From positions 1-55,355 of the forward strand of contig JAPYWL010000006.1 of NCBI GenBank assembly GCA_028276365.1: a DNA stretch of 55,355 bases, read 5' to 3'. The stretch is from Deltaproteobacteria bacterium. GTDB taxonomy: Bacteria; DRYD01. Below, one piece after another: positions 27,271 through 38,339 of the stretch. Under the pieces are notes generated by a model. That model did not search any database and was not told the DNA's origin. It worked only from the letters and a program-made list of their open reading frames with translations. Every line of letters starts with the position of its first letter. Positions within the stretch are counted from its first letter, which is position 1. Made by a program: the position numbers and the translations under genes.

Positions 27271-28680
27271 ATGTATATTCCTACAAAGCAAGAGATTTTG
27301 TTAAATAAAATAAATGATTTAGCTAATACTAATTTTAAAAGTATTGATGAAATATTTAAGGAAATAACAGGAAAAGATAGTTTTTATAAACCAAACCTAA
27401 ATAATCCCTTATCTCAAATAGAAGTAATAGAATATTTTGAAAATTTATTTAAAGATATACCTATAAATAAGTATTTTGTAGGATTAGGAGCTTATGATCA
27501 TTTTATACCTCCAATAGTAGATGATTTAATTAGGAGTGAATTCCTAACTTCATATACTCCATATCAAGCAGAAATATCTCAAGGTACTTTACAAGCAATA
27601 TGGGAATTTCAATCCCTTATTTCAGATTTATTTAATATGGATGTATGTAATTCTTCGCATTATGATGGAGCAACTGCCTTAAGTGAAAGCTTATTAATGG
27701 CTTATAGAATCTATTCAAATAAGAAAGCTTATAAATACATAGTTCCTAATTCTATAAATCCTCATTACTTTAATGTTTTAAAAACTTATTCTTATCCTTT
27801 TGATTTTATGCCTATATTTTTAGATTTTGATGAAACTGGAAAAATAGATATAAATAAATTACAAGAATTATCTAAAGATGAGGATATATTTGCTGTTATA
27901 ATTCAGTCTCCTAACTTATTTGGTATAATAGAAAATGTAAATAGTATTAAAAATATAATAAAGGACAAAGTATTAATTTTATCGATTTTGGAACCATTAG
28001 CTTATTTTATTTTGCCTAAGATAGAAAATGTGGATATAGTTAGTGCTAACTTACAATCTTTTGGGATTCCGCTATCTTTTGGGGGACCATATCTTGGGGT
28101 TATTGCTACTAAAAAGGAATATATTAGACAATTACCAGGCAGAATTATAGGTAAAACTGTAGATAAAGATAATAATATAGCTTTTACTATGATACTACAA
28201 ACAAGGGAACAACATATTAAAAGAGAAAAGGCAAATAGTAATATTTGTACTAATCAAGGACTTATGGCTATTAGAAATGCTATATATTTGCTTTCTTTAG
28301 GAAAAAATAACCTAATCAAAATAGCTAAATTAAACAACTTACTTATTAATTATTTAGCTCAAGAACTAATAAGTCTTAACAAAAATATAAAATTGATTTT
28401 TGAATCTCCAGTATTTAATGAAATGTTATTTTATATACCAAATTATAATGAAATTTATTCTAAATTACTTAATAAAAATATTGTTTTTGGTACAAATCTA
28501 AGAAAATTATACTTTGATAATTTACATTATCAGAATCTAATTAACAATCTAAAAGTAGTTTTTAGTCAAACAAAAGAAATAAAAGATGAAAATATATTTG
28601 ATAATCTTAGCATTATAGCTACAACAGAAAAAATTTCTATAAATGATATCTATAATATTATTAAAGTTATTAATAACTAA
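27271..28680 (+). CDS. gcvPA: Glycine dehydrogenase (decarboxylating) subunit 1
   Basis: EFLTSYTPYQAEISQGTLQAIWEFQ, FGGPYLG, LQTREQHIKREKANSNICTNQ. Confidence 0.95.
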   Translation: MYIPTKQEILLNKINDLANTNFKSIDEIFKEITGKDSFYKPNLNNPLSQIEVIEYFENLFKDIPINKYFVGLGAYDHFIPPIVDDLIRSEFLTSYTPYQAEISQGTLQAIWEFQSLISDLFNMDVCNSSHYDGATALSESLLMAYRIYSNKKAYKYIVPNSINPHYFNVLKTYSYPFDFMPIFLDFDETGKIDINKLQELSKDEDIFAVIIQSPNLFGIIENVNSIKNIIKDKVLILSILEPLAYFILPKIENVDIVSANLQSFGIPLSFGGPYLGVIATKKEYIRQLPGRIIGKTVDKDNNIAFTMILQTREQHIKREKANSNICTNQGLMAIRNAIYLLSLGKNNLIKIAKLNNLLINYLAQELISLNKNIKLIFESPVFNEMLFYIPNYNEIYSKLLNKNIVFGTNLRKLYFDNLHYQNLINNLKVVFSQTKEIKDENIFDNLSIIATTEKISINDIYNIIKVINN

Positions 28681-29143
28681 ATAACTTTTTAAGTATCTTT
28701 TACTTTCAAGAGGTATCTATTTATTTTTATAACTAATGAAGTTAGAATGAATGTTACTATTTTTCATTAGTGTTTATATTTATAGATTGTTTATAATTAG
28801 ATTTCCAGGTAGTGTTTGCTTAAAAAGGGGATGTTAAATTGATTGATTGGTTTTTTATTTATTAATAGTAAATAGTTTTTTTTAAAGAAGGTATATTATA
28901 GTTTGAATTGTTATTAATTCTTTACTTAAGATTTTGCAACTTCTTCATTTATTTATTTTATAAAATTAAGTTTAAAATTCCTATTTGATTAATTAATTCT
29001 TTATTAGCTCTATTTAATTTAATAAAGGTAGTAGTGAAAATTAGAGGATTTTTTAGGATTTATGAATAATTAAAAAAAGGGAATATAAAAATGTAATTTT
29101 GGGAGATTATCCATAAAACAAAAGGAGGAAAATTCTAAATTTT

Positions 29144-29839
29144 ATGAAAATTAATAAAAATAAAAATACTTTTTATTTTGCTAAAAATGGATTTACGTTA
29201 ATTGAGATGTTAGTAGTAATTGCAATTATAGTTATAGTAATTGGAGCAGGTATTGGAATGTTATCTAATAGAAAAAATTATGAATATAAAGCAGAAGTTG
29301 ATAAAATATATAAACTAATAACTGATGCTCAAGCCAATGCTACTAAATCCTCACCTGTTATTACTATTAATAATACTACATTATTGACTTCAATTGGTTT
29401 TTCATTCCCTACTAATTTACCTAATAATGGAAATTATGTTGCCTTACTTAAAATTAATAAGATAATTTCTACTAATAATGCTAGTATAAATGATAGTTTA
29501 ACTTTAGAATATTTTGAAAATATAAGAAGAGAATTAATAATTGATAATATAGATCCAAGAAATAATTCTCCTCAAAATGTTGTAATGACTACTAATAATT
29601 TACCTTCATTTTATCAAGGGAATACTCTTTTTGTTGGTAATAATTATCCTATTTCGTATATGGTTTTAATAAGAAATAATAATAATAGAAGGATTCCTAT
29701 AGTTTTTAGAACAAATGGATCTTTAGCTCATTCTACTCAAGAGTTATATGTGCAAATAAGACATTTGTCTAATAATAGGAGATTTAGAATTTATTATATT
29801 GGAATAACAGGTAATAATATAAAAAAATATGTTAGATAA
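29144..29839 (+). CDS. Prepilin-type (type IV minor pilin / GspH-FimT-like) protein
   Basis: KNG|FTLIEMLVVIAIIVIV class III signal peptide. Confidence 0.9.
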   Translation: MKINKNKNTFYFAKNGFTLIEMLVVIAIIVIVIGAGIGMLSNRKNYEYKAEVDKIYKLITDAQANATKSSPVITINNTTLLTSIGFSFPTNLPNNGNYVALLKINKIISTNNASINDSLTLEYFENIRRELIIDNIDPRNNSPQNVVMTTNNLPSFYQGNTLFVGNNYPISYMVLIRNNNNRRIPIVFRTNGSLAHSTQELYVQIRHLSNNRRFRIYYIGITGNNIKKYVR

Positions 29840-31310
29840 TTTAACAGAAAATCAAGAAATTAAAGATATAAAGAATCTAACTAAAGTGGTAGTAAGTATA
29901 ATAGGGAAGCCCAATGTAGGGAAATCTACTTTATTTAATTTATTAGTTAATAAGGGAATAGCAGTTACTTCTGAGAATGAAGGAACAACAAGAGATTTAT
30001 TAATTAAAAAATCTAAATTTAAGGATTTAGAATTTGTTTTTATTGATACAGGTGGAGTCCTTAAAAATCAAACTGATATAGATCTTTCTGTTAATAATAA
30101 AATAATTGAAGCTGTTAATAATAGTGATATTGTTTTATTTGTTGTAGATAATAACTCTGTTTTTAATTTATTAGAGGAAGAATTATTAAATATTCTAAGA
30201 AATACATTTTCTAAAGATTTAAATGAGAGAGTAATCTTAGTTATAAATAAAAGTGAAACTAAGAATGAAAATCAAGAATATGAATTTTTAGGTTTAAAAG
30301 ATTACATTAGAATTTCCTGTAAGATTTTAATGAATATAGATGAACTTAAATTTAGAATATATGAGAAAGCAAAGAATTTAGTTGAAAAAGGCTTGGTAAA
30401 TATAAATTCTAAGTATAGGGATTATGAAGAAAGAGGATTAAAAATAAGTTTCATAGGACGACCTAATGTAGGTAAATCTTCTTTAGTTAATGCTATATTA
30501 AACGATAATAGAGTTATAGTTTCAGATATAGCTGGTACTACTCGAGATAGTGTTGATATACCTTTTAAATTTGAAGGTTTTGAATTTATATTAATAGATA
30601 CTCCAGGAGTTAGAAGGAAATCAAATATTTCCTCTAAATTGGAAGCTTATAGTATAACTAGGTCAATTGGGAGTATAAAACATTCTGATATTGTTATTTT
30701 AGTTATTGATATATCTGAAGGATTAACTAGGCAGGATAAGAGATTAGCTTATCAAATTTATAAAAATTTAAAACCCGCTATTATAATAGCTAATAAATTT
30801 GATATTCTTTTAAATGAATATAAACAGAAATTAAAAAATAAGTTTGATAATAATTTTATTGAAAATTTAAAATATGAGTTAGGAAATAGTATAAAAGAAC
30901 AATTATATTTAATTAATTATGCCCCTATTTATTTTGTTAGTGCTAAAACTAAGTACCAATTAGAATCAATTCTATATGGTATTAAAGCTGTTAAATCTGA
31001 ATTAGAAAGAGATTTTAGTAATTATAATCTAAAGGAGGTATTTGAAAATATGTTGCTTTCTGTGCCCTTACCTTATATAGTTGAAACTAAAGTCAATAAA
31101 AAACAAAAGAAAATAAAGTTTAAAATATATGATGTAATTTATTATAAAGAAGAAGTGCCTACTTTAAAGGTTATAAATAATTTTGATTTTAAGGAGATAC
31201 CTGAAAGCTTTAAAAATTATATAAAAAACAATATCTCTAAAATATTAAATATAAATAATGTCCCTATTAAACTATTATTTAGTAGAAAACTAGATAAAAA
31301 AACTAATTAG
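29829..31310 (+). CDS. der: Ribosome biogenesis GTPase Der (EngA)
   Basis: Two G-domains: GKPNVGKS/GTTRD/DTGG and GRPNVGKS/GTTRD/DTPG/NKFD. Confidence 0.95.
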   Translation: MLDNLTENQEIKDIKNLTKVVVSIIGKPNVGKSTLFNLLVNKGIAVTSENEGTTRDLLIKKSKFKDLEFVFIDTGGVLKNQTDIDLSVNNKIIEAVNNSDIVLFVVDNNSVFNLLEEELLNILRNTFSKDLNERVILVINKSETKNENQEYEFLGLKDYIRISCKILMNIDELKFRIYEKAKNLVEKGLVNINSKYRDYEERGLKISFIGRPNVGKSSLVNAILNDNRVIVSDIAGTTRDSVDIPFKFEGFEFILIDTPGVRRKSNISSKLEAYSITRSIGSIKHSDIVILVIDISEGLTRQDKRLAYQIYKNLKPAIIIANKFDILLNEYKQKLKNKFDNNFIENLKYELGNSIKEQLYLINYAPIYFVSAKTKYQLESILYGIKAVKSELERDFSNYNLKEVFENMLLSVPLPYIVETKVNKKQKKIKFKIYDVIYYKEEVPTLKVINNFDFKEIPESFKNYIKNNISKILNINNVPIKLLFSRKLDKKTN

Positions 31311-31443
31311 TTATTCTACAGTGCTAAATATAAATAGTGTTATTTAGTTCAAGAATATGGTAAAAAAAATAGATTTAATTTTTTATTTTTTAAAGATTTT
31401 TTTTAAAAGGATATAATCTAAGAATAGAAAATAAAAAAAATAT

Positions 31444-32844
31444 ATGAGTAAGGATTCAAATAACTTAGATTCATTATTAAGTAATAATTGGATAAGAATA
31501 GGCATTTATGTAGTTATTATAATAGTTTTATGGTTTGTAGCTAATACGTTTGAAAATAATAAAATAGTAAGGGGGTTAGTAGGTTTAAATTTTATATTTC
31601 TTACAGCTTTGTTACTAAGTAGTGATATAAGAAAAATCAGTTTAAAGACGGTAGTAGTGGGTTTTTTATTTCAAATTGTTTTAGCTCTATTTTTGTTATT
31701 AACACCATTTGGCGTAGTTTTTTTCAAGGGAGCTAATGATACATTTTTAGCTTTAATGGATTATGCTAAGAAAGGAATAGAGTTCTTATTTGGAAGTTTT
31801 ATTACTGGTAAGGTAGAAGATCCTTTAAAGAATTTTACATTTATTATATTACCCACTATAGTATTTTTTGGGGCTTTAATATATATGTTATATTATTTAG
31901 GTGTGATGGAGAAAATAATAAAAGCGTATGCGTTTATTATGATGAAAGTTTTAAATACGAGTGGTGCTGAGAGTTTAGTAGCTTCTGCTAAATTATTTGT
32001 AGGTCAAACGGAGGCTCCTTTGATTATCAAACCATTTTTAGCTGTTTTAACGAGCTCTGAGATATTTACAATTATGTCGGCAGGTATGGCTACTATGGCT
32101 GGTGGAGTTATGGCTGCTTATGTGGGAATGCTTAGTGGATATATACCTACTATTGCTGGACATTTGCTAACTGCTGTTATTTTATCAGTTACTGCTTCTA
32201 TATATTTGTCTAAGATTATTATTCCTGAACTAGAGGATCCTGTAACTAAGGGGAATATAAAGATAAAAATAGAAAAACCAGGTACTAATCTATTTGAGTC
32301 TATAACATTAGGAGCACGTGATGGTATGTTTTTAGCTTTTAATGTCGGGGCAATGTTACTGGCTTTTATTAGTTTAATTTCTATGCTTAATGATATTATC
32401 TTTAATTTAACTTCTTTTTTATTTAGTCATATTCAGTTTTTAGCAAGCTTTAAACCATTTAATTTTCAAGATATCTTAGCTGCTTTCTGTTATCCGATAG
32501 CTTATTTATTAGGTGTACCTAAGCAAGAAGCTTTCTTAGCTGCTAAATTTATTAGTGAAAAAATAGTGATAAATGAGTTTGTTGCTTATTCTGATTTTGC
32601 TAAAACCTTAGCTACTAATCCTAATCTTATGTCAGAGCAAACTAAAATTATACTAAGTTATGCGTTGGGGGGATTTGCTAATTTTAGTTCTATTGGGATT
32701 CAGGTAGGTGGGATTGGTTCATTAGAACCTAAAATAAGACCTACTATTGCTCAGTTGGGTTTAAGAGCTCTAATAGTTGGGAATTTAGCGAATTTTTCTT
32801 CTGCTGTTATTGCTGGGATGCTTACTACTCATGCTCACTTTTAA
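31444..32844 (+). CDS. nupC: NupC/CNT family nucleoside:cation symporter
   Basis: SGAESL, FVGQTEAPL, INEFVAY, GFANFSSIGIQVGGIG. Confidence 0.93.
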   Translation: MSKDSNNLDSLLSNNWIRIGIYVVIIIVLWFVANTFENNKIVRGLVGLNFIFLTALLLSSDIRKISLKTVVVGFLFQIVLALFLLLTPFGVVFFKGANDTFLALMDYAKKGIEFLFGSFITGKVEDPLKNFTFIILPTIVFFGALIYMLYYLGVMEKIIKAYAFIMMKVLNTSGAESLVASAKLFVGQTEAPLIIKPFLAVLTSSEIFTIMSAGMATMAGGVMAAYVGMLSGYIPTIAGHLLTAVILSVTASIYLSKIIIPELEDPVTKGNIKIKIEKPGTNLFESITLGARDGMFLAFNVGAMLLAFISLISMLNDIIFNLTSFLFSHIQFLASFKPFNFQDILAAFCYPIAYLLGVPKQEAFLAAKFISEKIVINEFVAYSDFAKTLATNPNLMSEQTKIILSYALGGFANFSSIGIQVGGIGSLEPKIRPTIAQLGLRALIVGNLANFSSAVIAGMLTTHAHF

Positions 32845-32937
32845 AAAAAAACAATTATATCTTTGTAATTTTTTATTTTATTTTATAAAACCTTAAATTT
32901 TTTAGTTGATTTTTATTAATTTTTGAAGGAGGGAAAA

Positions 32938-34107
32938 ATGATGTTAAAAGATGTATTTATTGTATCAATGGGAAGTACAGTTTATGGTAAAATAGCAGGG
33001 GGATTAGCAAAGTTAAAAGCAGTAGATTTAGCTTCTTTGGCTTTAAATAAAGCAATAGAGTTAATTAATCCAGAAGTTTTTAATAATATAATAAAAGAGC
33101 ATAGATTTATTGTTATTTTGGGTAATGTTATTCAAGCAGGAAATGGTCAGAATTTAGCAAGACAAGTACTATTTAAATCTAATTTACCTATTAGTACTCC
33201 TGGGTTTGTTGTAAATCAAGTTTGTATTTCTCCTATTAAAGCTTTAAATTTAGCTTATTTATATATAGCTACTGGTGAATATGATGTAGTAGCGGCTGGT
33301 GGAGTTGAAAGTATGACGAATGCTCCTTTTCTTGCTAAGCTAAGATTAGGTAATAAGTATGGGGATTTAATTTTAGAGGATTCTATTAATACTGATGGTT
33401 TAAGGTGTGCTATTACTAATAAATTGATGATAGAAATTGCTGACATTATTGCAAAGAGGTACGGTATAACTCGAGAGGAGCAAGATATGATGGCTTATAA
33501 TAGTCATTTAAGGGCTATTAGTTCTTGGAAAGATACTTTTTTTAGTAGTTATTTTGTGAATTATCAGAATTTAATTAGGGATGAGAATATAAGAGAAGAT
33601 ATAAGTTTAGAGAAATTAGCTAATTTAAAGCCTGTTAATAGTGAGAGTATAACAGCGGGTAATGCTTCTGCGTTAGCTGATGGTTCTTCTATACTTGTTT
33701 TAACCAATGAAGAAGTTATAAAAAAGTATAATTTAAAGCCATTAGTAAGAGTTATAGGGTTTGGAGAGAGTTTTGACGAGCCTTCTAATTTCCCTATTGT
33801 TCCTTCTTTATCTACAAATAGTTTGTTAAAGAGGTATGGATTAAATAAGGGAGAAATAGGGATTTGGGAGATAAATGAAGCTTTTGCAGCTGTTTTAGCT
33901 GCTAATATTAAGATTTTAGATATAGATTATAATTATACTAATGTTTTTGGGGGAGCAGTGGCTTTTGGACATCCCATTGGGGCTACTGGTGCAAGATTGG
34001 TTATTAACTCTATAGTAGCTATGAAAAAATTTAACAAGAATAAAGCGCTTATTATGGCTTGTGCAGGTAGCGGCGGAGGATATTCCTTAGCTATTGAAAA
34101 TTTGTAA
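32938..34107 (+). CDS. Thiolase (acetyl-CoA C-acyltransferase family)
   Basis: NQVCIS, AGGVESM, TAGNAS, EINEAFA, GHPIGATG, ACAGSGGG; SD AAGGAGG before ATG 32938. Confidence 0.92.
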   Translation: MMLKDVFIVSMGSTVYGKIAGGLAKLKAVDLASLALNKAIELINPEVFNNIIKEHRFIVILGNVIQAGNGQNLARQVLFKSNLPISTPGFVVNQVCISPIKALNLAYLYIATGEYDVVAAGGVESMTNAPFLAKLRLGNKYGDLILEDSINTDGLRCAITNKLMIEIADIIAKRYGITREEQDMMAYNSHLRAISSWKDTFFSSYFVNYQNLIRDENIREDISLEKLANLKPVNSESITAGNASALADGSSILVLTNEEVIKKYNLKPLVRVIGFGESFDEPSNFPIVPSLSTNSLLKRYGLNKGEIGIWEINEAFAAVLAANIKILDIDYNYTNVFGGAVAFGHPIGATGARLVINSIVAMKKFNKNKALIMACAGSGGGYSLAIENL

Positions 34108-34145
34108 AATAAGTAATTAAAAAATTGAAAATAAAAATTTGAAGG

Positions 34146-35597
34146 ATGGATTTTGATGTAGTTATTATAGGTTTTGGTACTTCTGGTTTTTTTTTAGCTT
34201 TTGAATTAATTAAGAATAATTTAAAGGTTGCGGTTATAGAAAAAGAGGATAATATTGGTGGGGCTTTAGTTAATTCTTTGATTTTTCCCACTGCTGGATT
34301 TCATACTTTGAGTGGGAAGCTAATTATTGTAGATAGTGTTAAGGAGTTTTTAGACTTTTGTATTAAAAATGGTTTTTCTAAGGGACATATTAGGGATCCT
34401 CTTAATTTTTCTTATTCTATAACCCCTATTAATCCTATTGCTTATAAAGCTTTTTTTGTTGACTATTTTTTACCTAATAATAATTTTGTATTGTTTAGCA
34501 GTTCAGTTATAGAAAATGTTTATGAAAAAGATGGTATTATAAGGTATGTAGTTATAAGAAATAAAGATAATAAAAAGTATAAGATTGGGGGTAAATTTTT
34601 TGTAGATGCTTCGGGAGTTTTAGAGTTATCTAGCTATATTGATATTAAATATCGTTTGGAATTAGAGAATTTACAGGCAGCTACTTTAATATTTAGATTA
34701 TCAAATATAGATTTTACTAAGATTATTAAATACATTAAAGAAAATAGAGATGATTTTTATAGTAAAACTGATATAGATTTAATGCTAAGTAATGATTTTA
34801 TAAGTGTTTCAGGATATTTTGAATTAGCTTCTAAATATTTATTTAATAGGGATTTATTATTAAGTAGAGACAGGTTTTTATTCTTTGGTGAAATTTTGAA
34901 AAATTTTGTTTATGTTAATACTTCTAGAATATTTTTAAAAGATATAATTAATTTTATTGTTAATGAAGTTAATAATTTAGGAGTAAAAAAAGAGGATTTT
35001 TTTAAAAAACGTAGTAGTGTAATATTACCTTCTAATAAAAATTTTTATAAAAATAAGAACATATTACATTATGATATATTAGAAAGAATAGGATATTATT
35101 TAGGTCTTAAGCAGGTATTTTATATTTACAAAATTATGAAAAAATATATAAAAGGGTTTGAGAATAGTTATATAGATTTAATTGCTTATAAATTAGGGAT
35201 AAGGCAGTATAAGGTTTTGAAAGGGGAATATGAATTAAATATAGAAGATGTAATAAATTGTAATAATTTTGATGATAAGATATTGATAGGTACTTGGCCT
35301 ATTGATATTCACATTAAGGATAAAATTGTTGAAAAAAAAGTTAATGAAGATGGTTATTATATTCCATTTAGAAGTTTAATAACAAATGAATATAAGAATT
35401 TGGTATTTGTAGGAAAACATATAAGTAGTGATGATTATGCTTTTAGTAGTTTAAGGATTCAAGCAACTTGTATGAATATGGGAAGTGTGGTGGGTAAGAT
35501 TTTATCTAATTTGATTAAAAAAAGAACTTATGTTTTGGATATAGATTTTTCTTTAATAAAAAAAATCTTTAAACAAACTTTTTTAACATTTTATTAA
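34146..35597 (+). CDS. FAD-dependent oxidoreductase (FAD_oxidored family)
   Basis: DVVIIGFGTSG, FVDASG, YYIPFRSL, GKHISS, RIQATCMNMG. Confidence 0.85.
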   Translation: MDFDVVIIGFGTSGFFLAFELIKNNLKVAVIEKEDNIGGALVNSLIFPTAGFHTLSGKLIIVDSVKEFLDFCIKNGFSKGHIRDPLNFSYSITPINPIAYKAFFVDYFLPNNNFVLFSSSVIENVYEKDGIIRYVVIRNKDNKKYKIGGKFFVDASGVLELSSYIDIKYRLELENLQAATLIFRLSNIDFTKIIKYIKENRDDFYSKTDIDLMLSNDFISVSGYFELASKYLFNRDLLLSRDRFLFFGEILKNFVYVNTSRIFLKDIINFIVNEVNNLGVKKEDFFKKRSSVILPSNKNFYKNKNILHYDILERIGYYLGLKQVFYIYKIMKKYIKGFENSYIDLIAYKLGIRQYKVLKGEYELNIEDVINCNNFDDKILIGTWPIDIHIKDKIVEKKVNEDGYYIPFRSLITNEYKNLVFVGKHISSDDYAFSSLRIQATCMNMGSVVGKILSNLIKKRTYVLDIDFSLIKKIFKQTFLTFY

Positions 35598-35599
35598 CA
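35583..35599. promoter_or_regulatory. Direct-repeat motif TTAACA-N5-TTAACA upstream of sigH
   Basis: Perfect direct repeat about 103 bp before the sigH ATG, overlapping the upstream gene's stop codon. Confidence 0.5.
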
Positions 35600-35702
35600 A
35601 TTTTATAATTTTTATTTTATAATTTTAGTATAAAAAAGGAGTAAGTAGGAAAAATTAAACAAAAATCTTAATAATGATATAAGGGAAGGGGTAAGAAGTT
35701 GT

Positions 35703-36569
35703 ATGATTAATACAGAAAACTATAATATAGATGAAATAAAAAAAGAGATGGAAAGTATTAATAAAGTTAAAAAAACAAGAAAAGTTAAGAATTTAGAAAA
35801 AAATGATGAAAATGGGAAGGAGAAAGATAAAAAGAAAGAAAAGAAACTGAAAGAAACAAATAAAAAAAGTTCTAAAAGCAAAACAGCTAAGAAGACTGAG
35901 TTAGAAAATGATTTATTTTCAGAAAGTATATTTGATAGTAATGTTTTAAATGAATCTTTAGAAGATCTAAAGGATGTAGAATTGGTTATGTTAGCTAAGA
36001 AGGGTAATGCTAAAGCTATATCTATTTTGATTAATAAGTATAAAAATTTTGTTAGATCGAGATCTAAATCCTATTTCATAGTGGGTGCTGATAAGGAGGA
36101 TATAATCCAAGAGGGTTTAATAGGCTTATTCAAAGCCATAAGAGATTATAATCCGGATAAGAAAACGAGTTTTAGGGCTTTTGCTGAGCTTTGTATAATG
36201 AGACAAATTATAACAGCTATTAAAACTGCTACTAGACAAAAACATTTGCCGCTTAATTCGTATGTTTCATTAAATAAGCCTATTTTTGAGGATAATGGAG
36301 AAAGAGTTATGGCTGATGTTATTGCAAGTACTAGAACATGTAATCCTGAGGAAATTTATATAGCTTTAGAATTAACTAAAAGTATAAAAGAAAAGATGAA
36401 GAAATATTTAAGTGGCTTAGAATCTAGCGTTTTGGCTGAGTATTTAAAGGGGTTATCTTATTATGAGGTAGCTAAAAATATAGGAAAACATATAAAATCT
36501 GTGGATAATGCTTTACAACGAATTAAGCGAAAAATCCAAGAAACTATTAAAGAAGCTTACGGGATTTAG
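35703..36569 (+). CDS. sigH: RNA polymerase sigma factor SigH-like, with charged N-terminal extension
   Basis: KYKNFVRSRSKSYFIVGADKEDIIQEG, SFRAFAELCIMRQIITAIKTATRQKHLPLNSYVSL, KSVDNALQRIKRK match Bacillota SigH. Confidence 0.93.
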   Translation: MINTENYNIDEIKKEMESINKVKKTRKVKNLEKNDENGKEKDKKKEKKLKETNKKSSKSKTAKKTELENDLFSESIFDSNVLNESLEDLKDVELVMLAKKGNAKAISILINKYKNFVRSRSKSYFIVGADKEDIIQEGLIGLFKAIRDYNPDKKTSFRAFAELCIMRQIITAIKTATRQKHLPLNSYVSLNKPIFEDNGERVMADVIASTRTCNPEEIYIALELTKSIKEKMKKYLSGLESSVLAEYLKGLSYYEVAKNIGKHIKSVDNALQRIKRKIQETIKEAYGI

Positions 36570-36652
36570 TAATTTTTTGTTTTTTAGTATTATAATTTTT
36601 TACTCTAATTAATTTTAGTGAGTTTGTTTTTTACATTTATATTTTTTATTTA

Positions 36653-36677
36653 AGGAATTTAAAAAAAAATGTAGAAT
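36653..36677 (+). promoter_or_regulatory. Putative SigH-type promoter (AGGA-N17-GAAT)
   Basis: AGGAATTTAAAAAAAAATGTAGAAT, 42 bp before the ATG at 36720. Confidence 0.55.
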
Positions 36678-36719
36678 TTGTATTTAGGTATGTAATTATT
36701 TTTTATATTTGAATAAAGA

Positions 36720-38333
36720 ATGGATAGTTTTTGGAAGGAAAAAATAGATAAATTAAATAGTGCTATTGAAAATAATGATTATGATTATTTAATGTCTAAT
36801 TTTGTATTAGATTTAGCATATTATTTTAGGACTTTTTATGATGAACAGATTTTTTATAATGTTTTGGAGAAATTTAATTTATTAGCTAAAAATAATATTA
36901 GTTTACAATTGCTAATATTAGAATTAGCTATAGAAATTAATTTTTCAATTTTAACTGAGGATGAAGAATATTATAGAAAGATTATAATTGATACTACCAG
37001 GAAGGTAGTAGCTTTATCAGCTCCATATAATGCTAATCTTAAGAAGGATTTTCCTCAGAAGTTTAATTTATTGGGAGGAATATATAAAGTAATAGATATA
37101 GTGGATAAAATTAATAGGGAAAATTTAGGGGAAAAAGATTATAAGCAAGTAGAACAAAGTATAGCTAATTTATATAAAATAGATCCAGATAACTATAAAA
37201 TAGGGTTTTTTGATGCTTTATCTAAGTTAAGGAGTTCTAAGACGATATTTAGGAAATCTTTAATAGATAATGTTATAAAGATAATAAGTAGTAATGTATT
37301 AGAGAAGGCGTTAGCACAAGAATTGATAGGTGATATTAGTGAGCCTTTACAAAGTTTGAGTTGGTATGACGATGCAGAAAATATTTATAAATCCTTAGGA
37401 CTTTATAGAGATTTAGTTAGACTTAATTTGAAGAGAATAGAAAAATCCAAAAATGATCCTTCTTCTAAGGTATTTTCTGCTCAAACTGGAATTATGACTT
37501 CTAATTATCTGTTAATACTTAATCAAAGAGAAAAAGCTAGAAATTTATTATTTGATTCTTTAAATTTGTTTCTACAAGCTCAAGGGTATCTTGAATTACT
37601 GGAAGCTTTAAATTCCTATAATATAATAGAAAATTATCCAGAAGAGAAGGAAAAATTTCTTAAAGTAATTATAGAGACTTTTGAAAAAAGATTGCAAATT
37701 GATCCTTATAATATTAATTTATATATAGAATATGCAAATTGGTTAGAAAAGTTTGAAGTAAAAGATAAAAAAATAGAGTATTTGTATAAAGCTTATGAAA
37801 TAGCTAAATCAAAAAATATTCCTAACAAATTATTAGATATTTCTAATATTTTATTAAAAATGGATCCTTTAAATGGAGATTATATCGTTAAATATATTGA
37901 AGCCTTAAAATTAAATGAAATGGATCCTTCTAATTTCTTAATTGAAAAATTAACTGATTTACAAAAGTATAATAAAACTGATTTAATTCAATATTTATTT
38001 AAGACTTATCCTCAACTTATACCTTCAGATAAAATCCAGCAAATTGAAAGGGAAAATTTACTTAATTCTTTACAACAATTGCATTTAGCTGATAAAATAA
38101 AGTTACTAAAGGATTATATTTTGAAATACCCTAAGGATGAAGAAGTTAAAATGATTTACTTAAGCAATATAATAGATTTACCTAGTTATTATGATGAAGC
38201 ATATGCTATTTTAAATGAGAATTTTGATATTTTTGTAAATAATAAGGATAAAATTGATACAAATTTAAAATATAAAATTTATAAATTATTTTTAATGAAA
38301 GAGGATTTTGAAAAAATTATTCTGATATATTAA
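36720..38333 (+). CDS. Hypothetical alpha-helical (TPR-like) protein
   Basis: 537-codon ORF; LQIDPYN and LKMDPLN TPR-like turns. Confidence 0.7.
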   Translation: MDSFWKEKIDKLNSAIENNDYDYLMSNFVLDLAYYFRTFYDEQIFYNVLEKFNLLAKNNISLQLLILELAIEINFSILTEDEEYYRKIIIDTTRKVVALSAPYNANLKKDFPQKFNLLGGIYKVIDIVDKINRENLGEKDYKQVEQSIANLYKIDPDNYKIGFFDALSKLRSSKTIFRKSLIDNVIKIISSNVLEKALAQELIGDISEPLQSLSWYDDAENIYKSLGLYRDLVRLNLKRIEKSKNDPSSKVFSAQTGIMTSNYLLILNQREKARNLLFDSLNLFLQAQGYLELLEALNSYNIIENYPEEKEKFLKVIIETFEKRLQIDPYNINLYIEYANWLEKFEVKDKKIEYLYKAYEIAKSKNIPNKLLDISNILLKMDPLNGDYIVKYIEALKLNEMDPSNFLIEKLTDLQKYNKTDLIQYLFKTYPQLIPSDKIQQIERENLLNSLQQLHLADKIKLLKDYILKYPKDEEVKMIYLSNIIDLPSYYDEAYAILNENFDIFVNNKDKIDTNLKYKIYKLFLMKEDFEKIILIY

Positions 38334-38339
38334 TATTAA

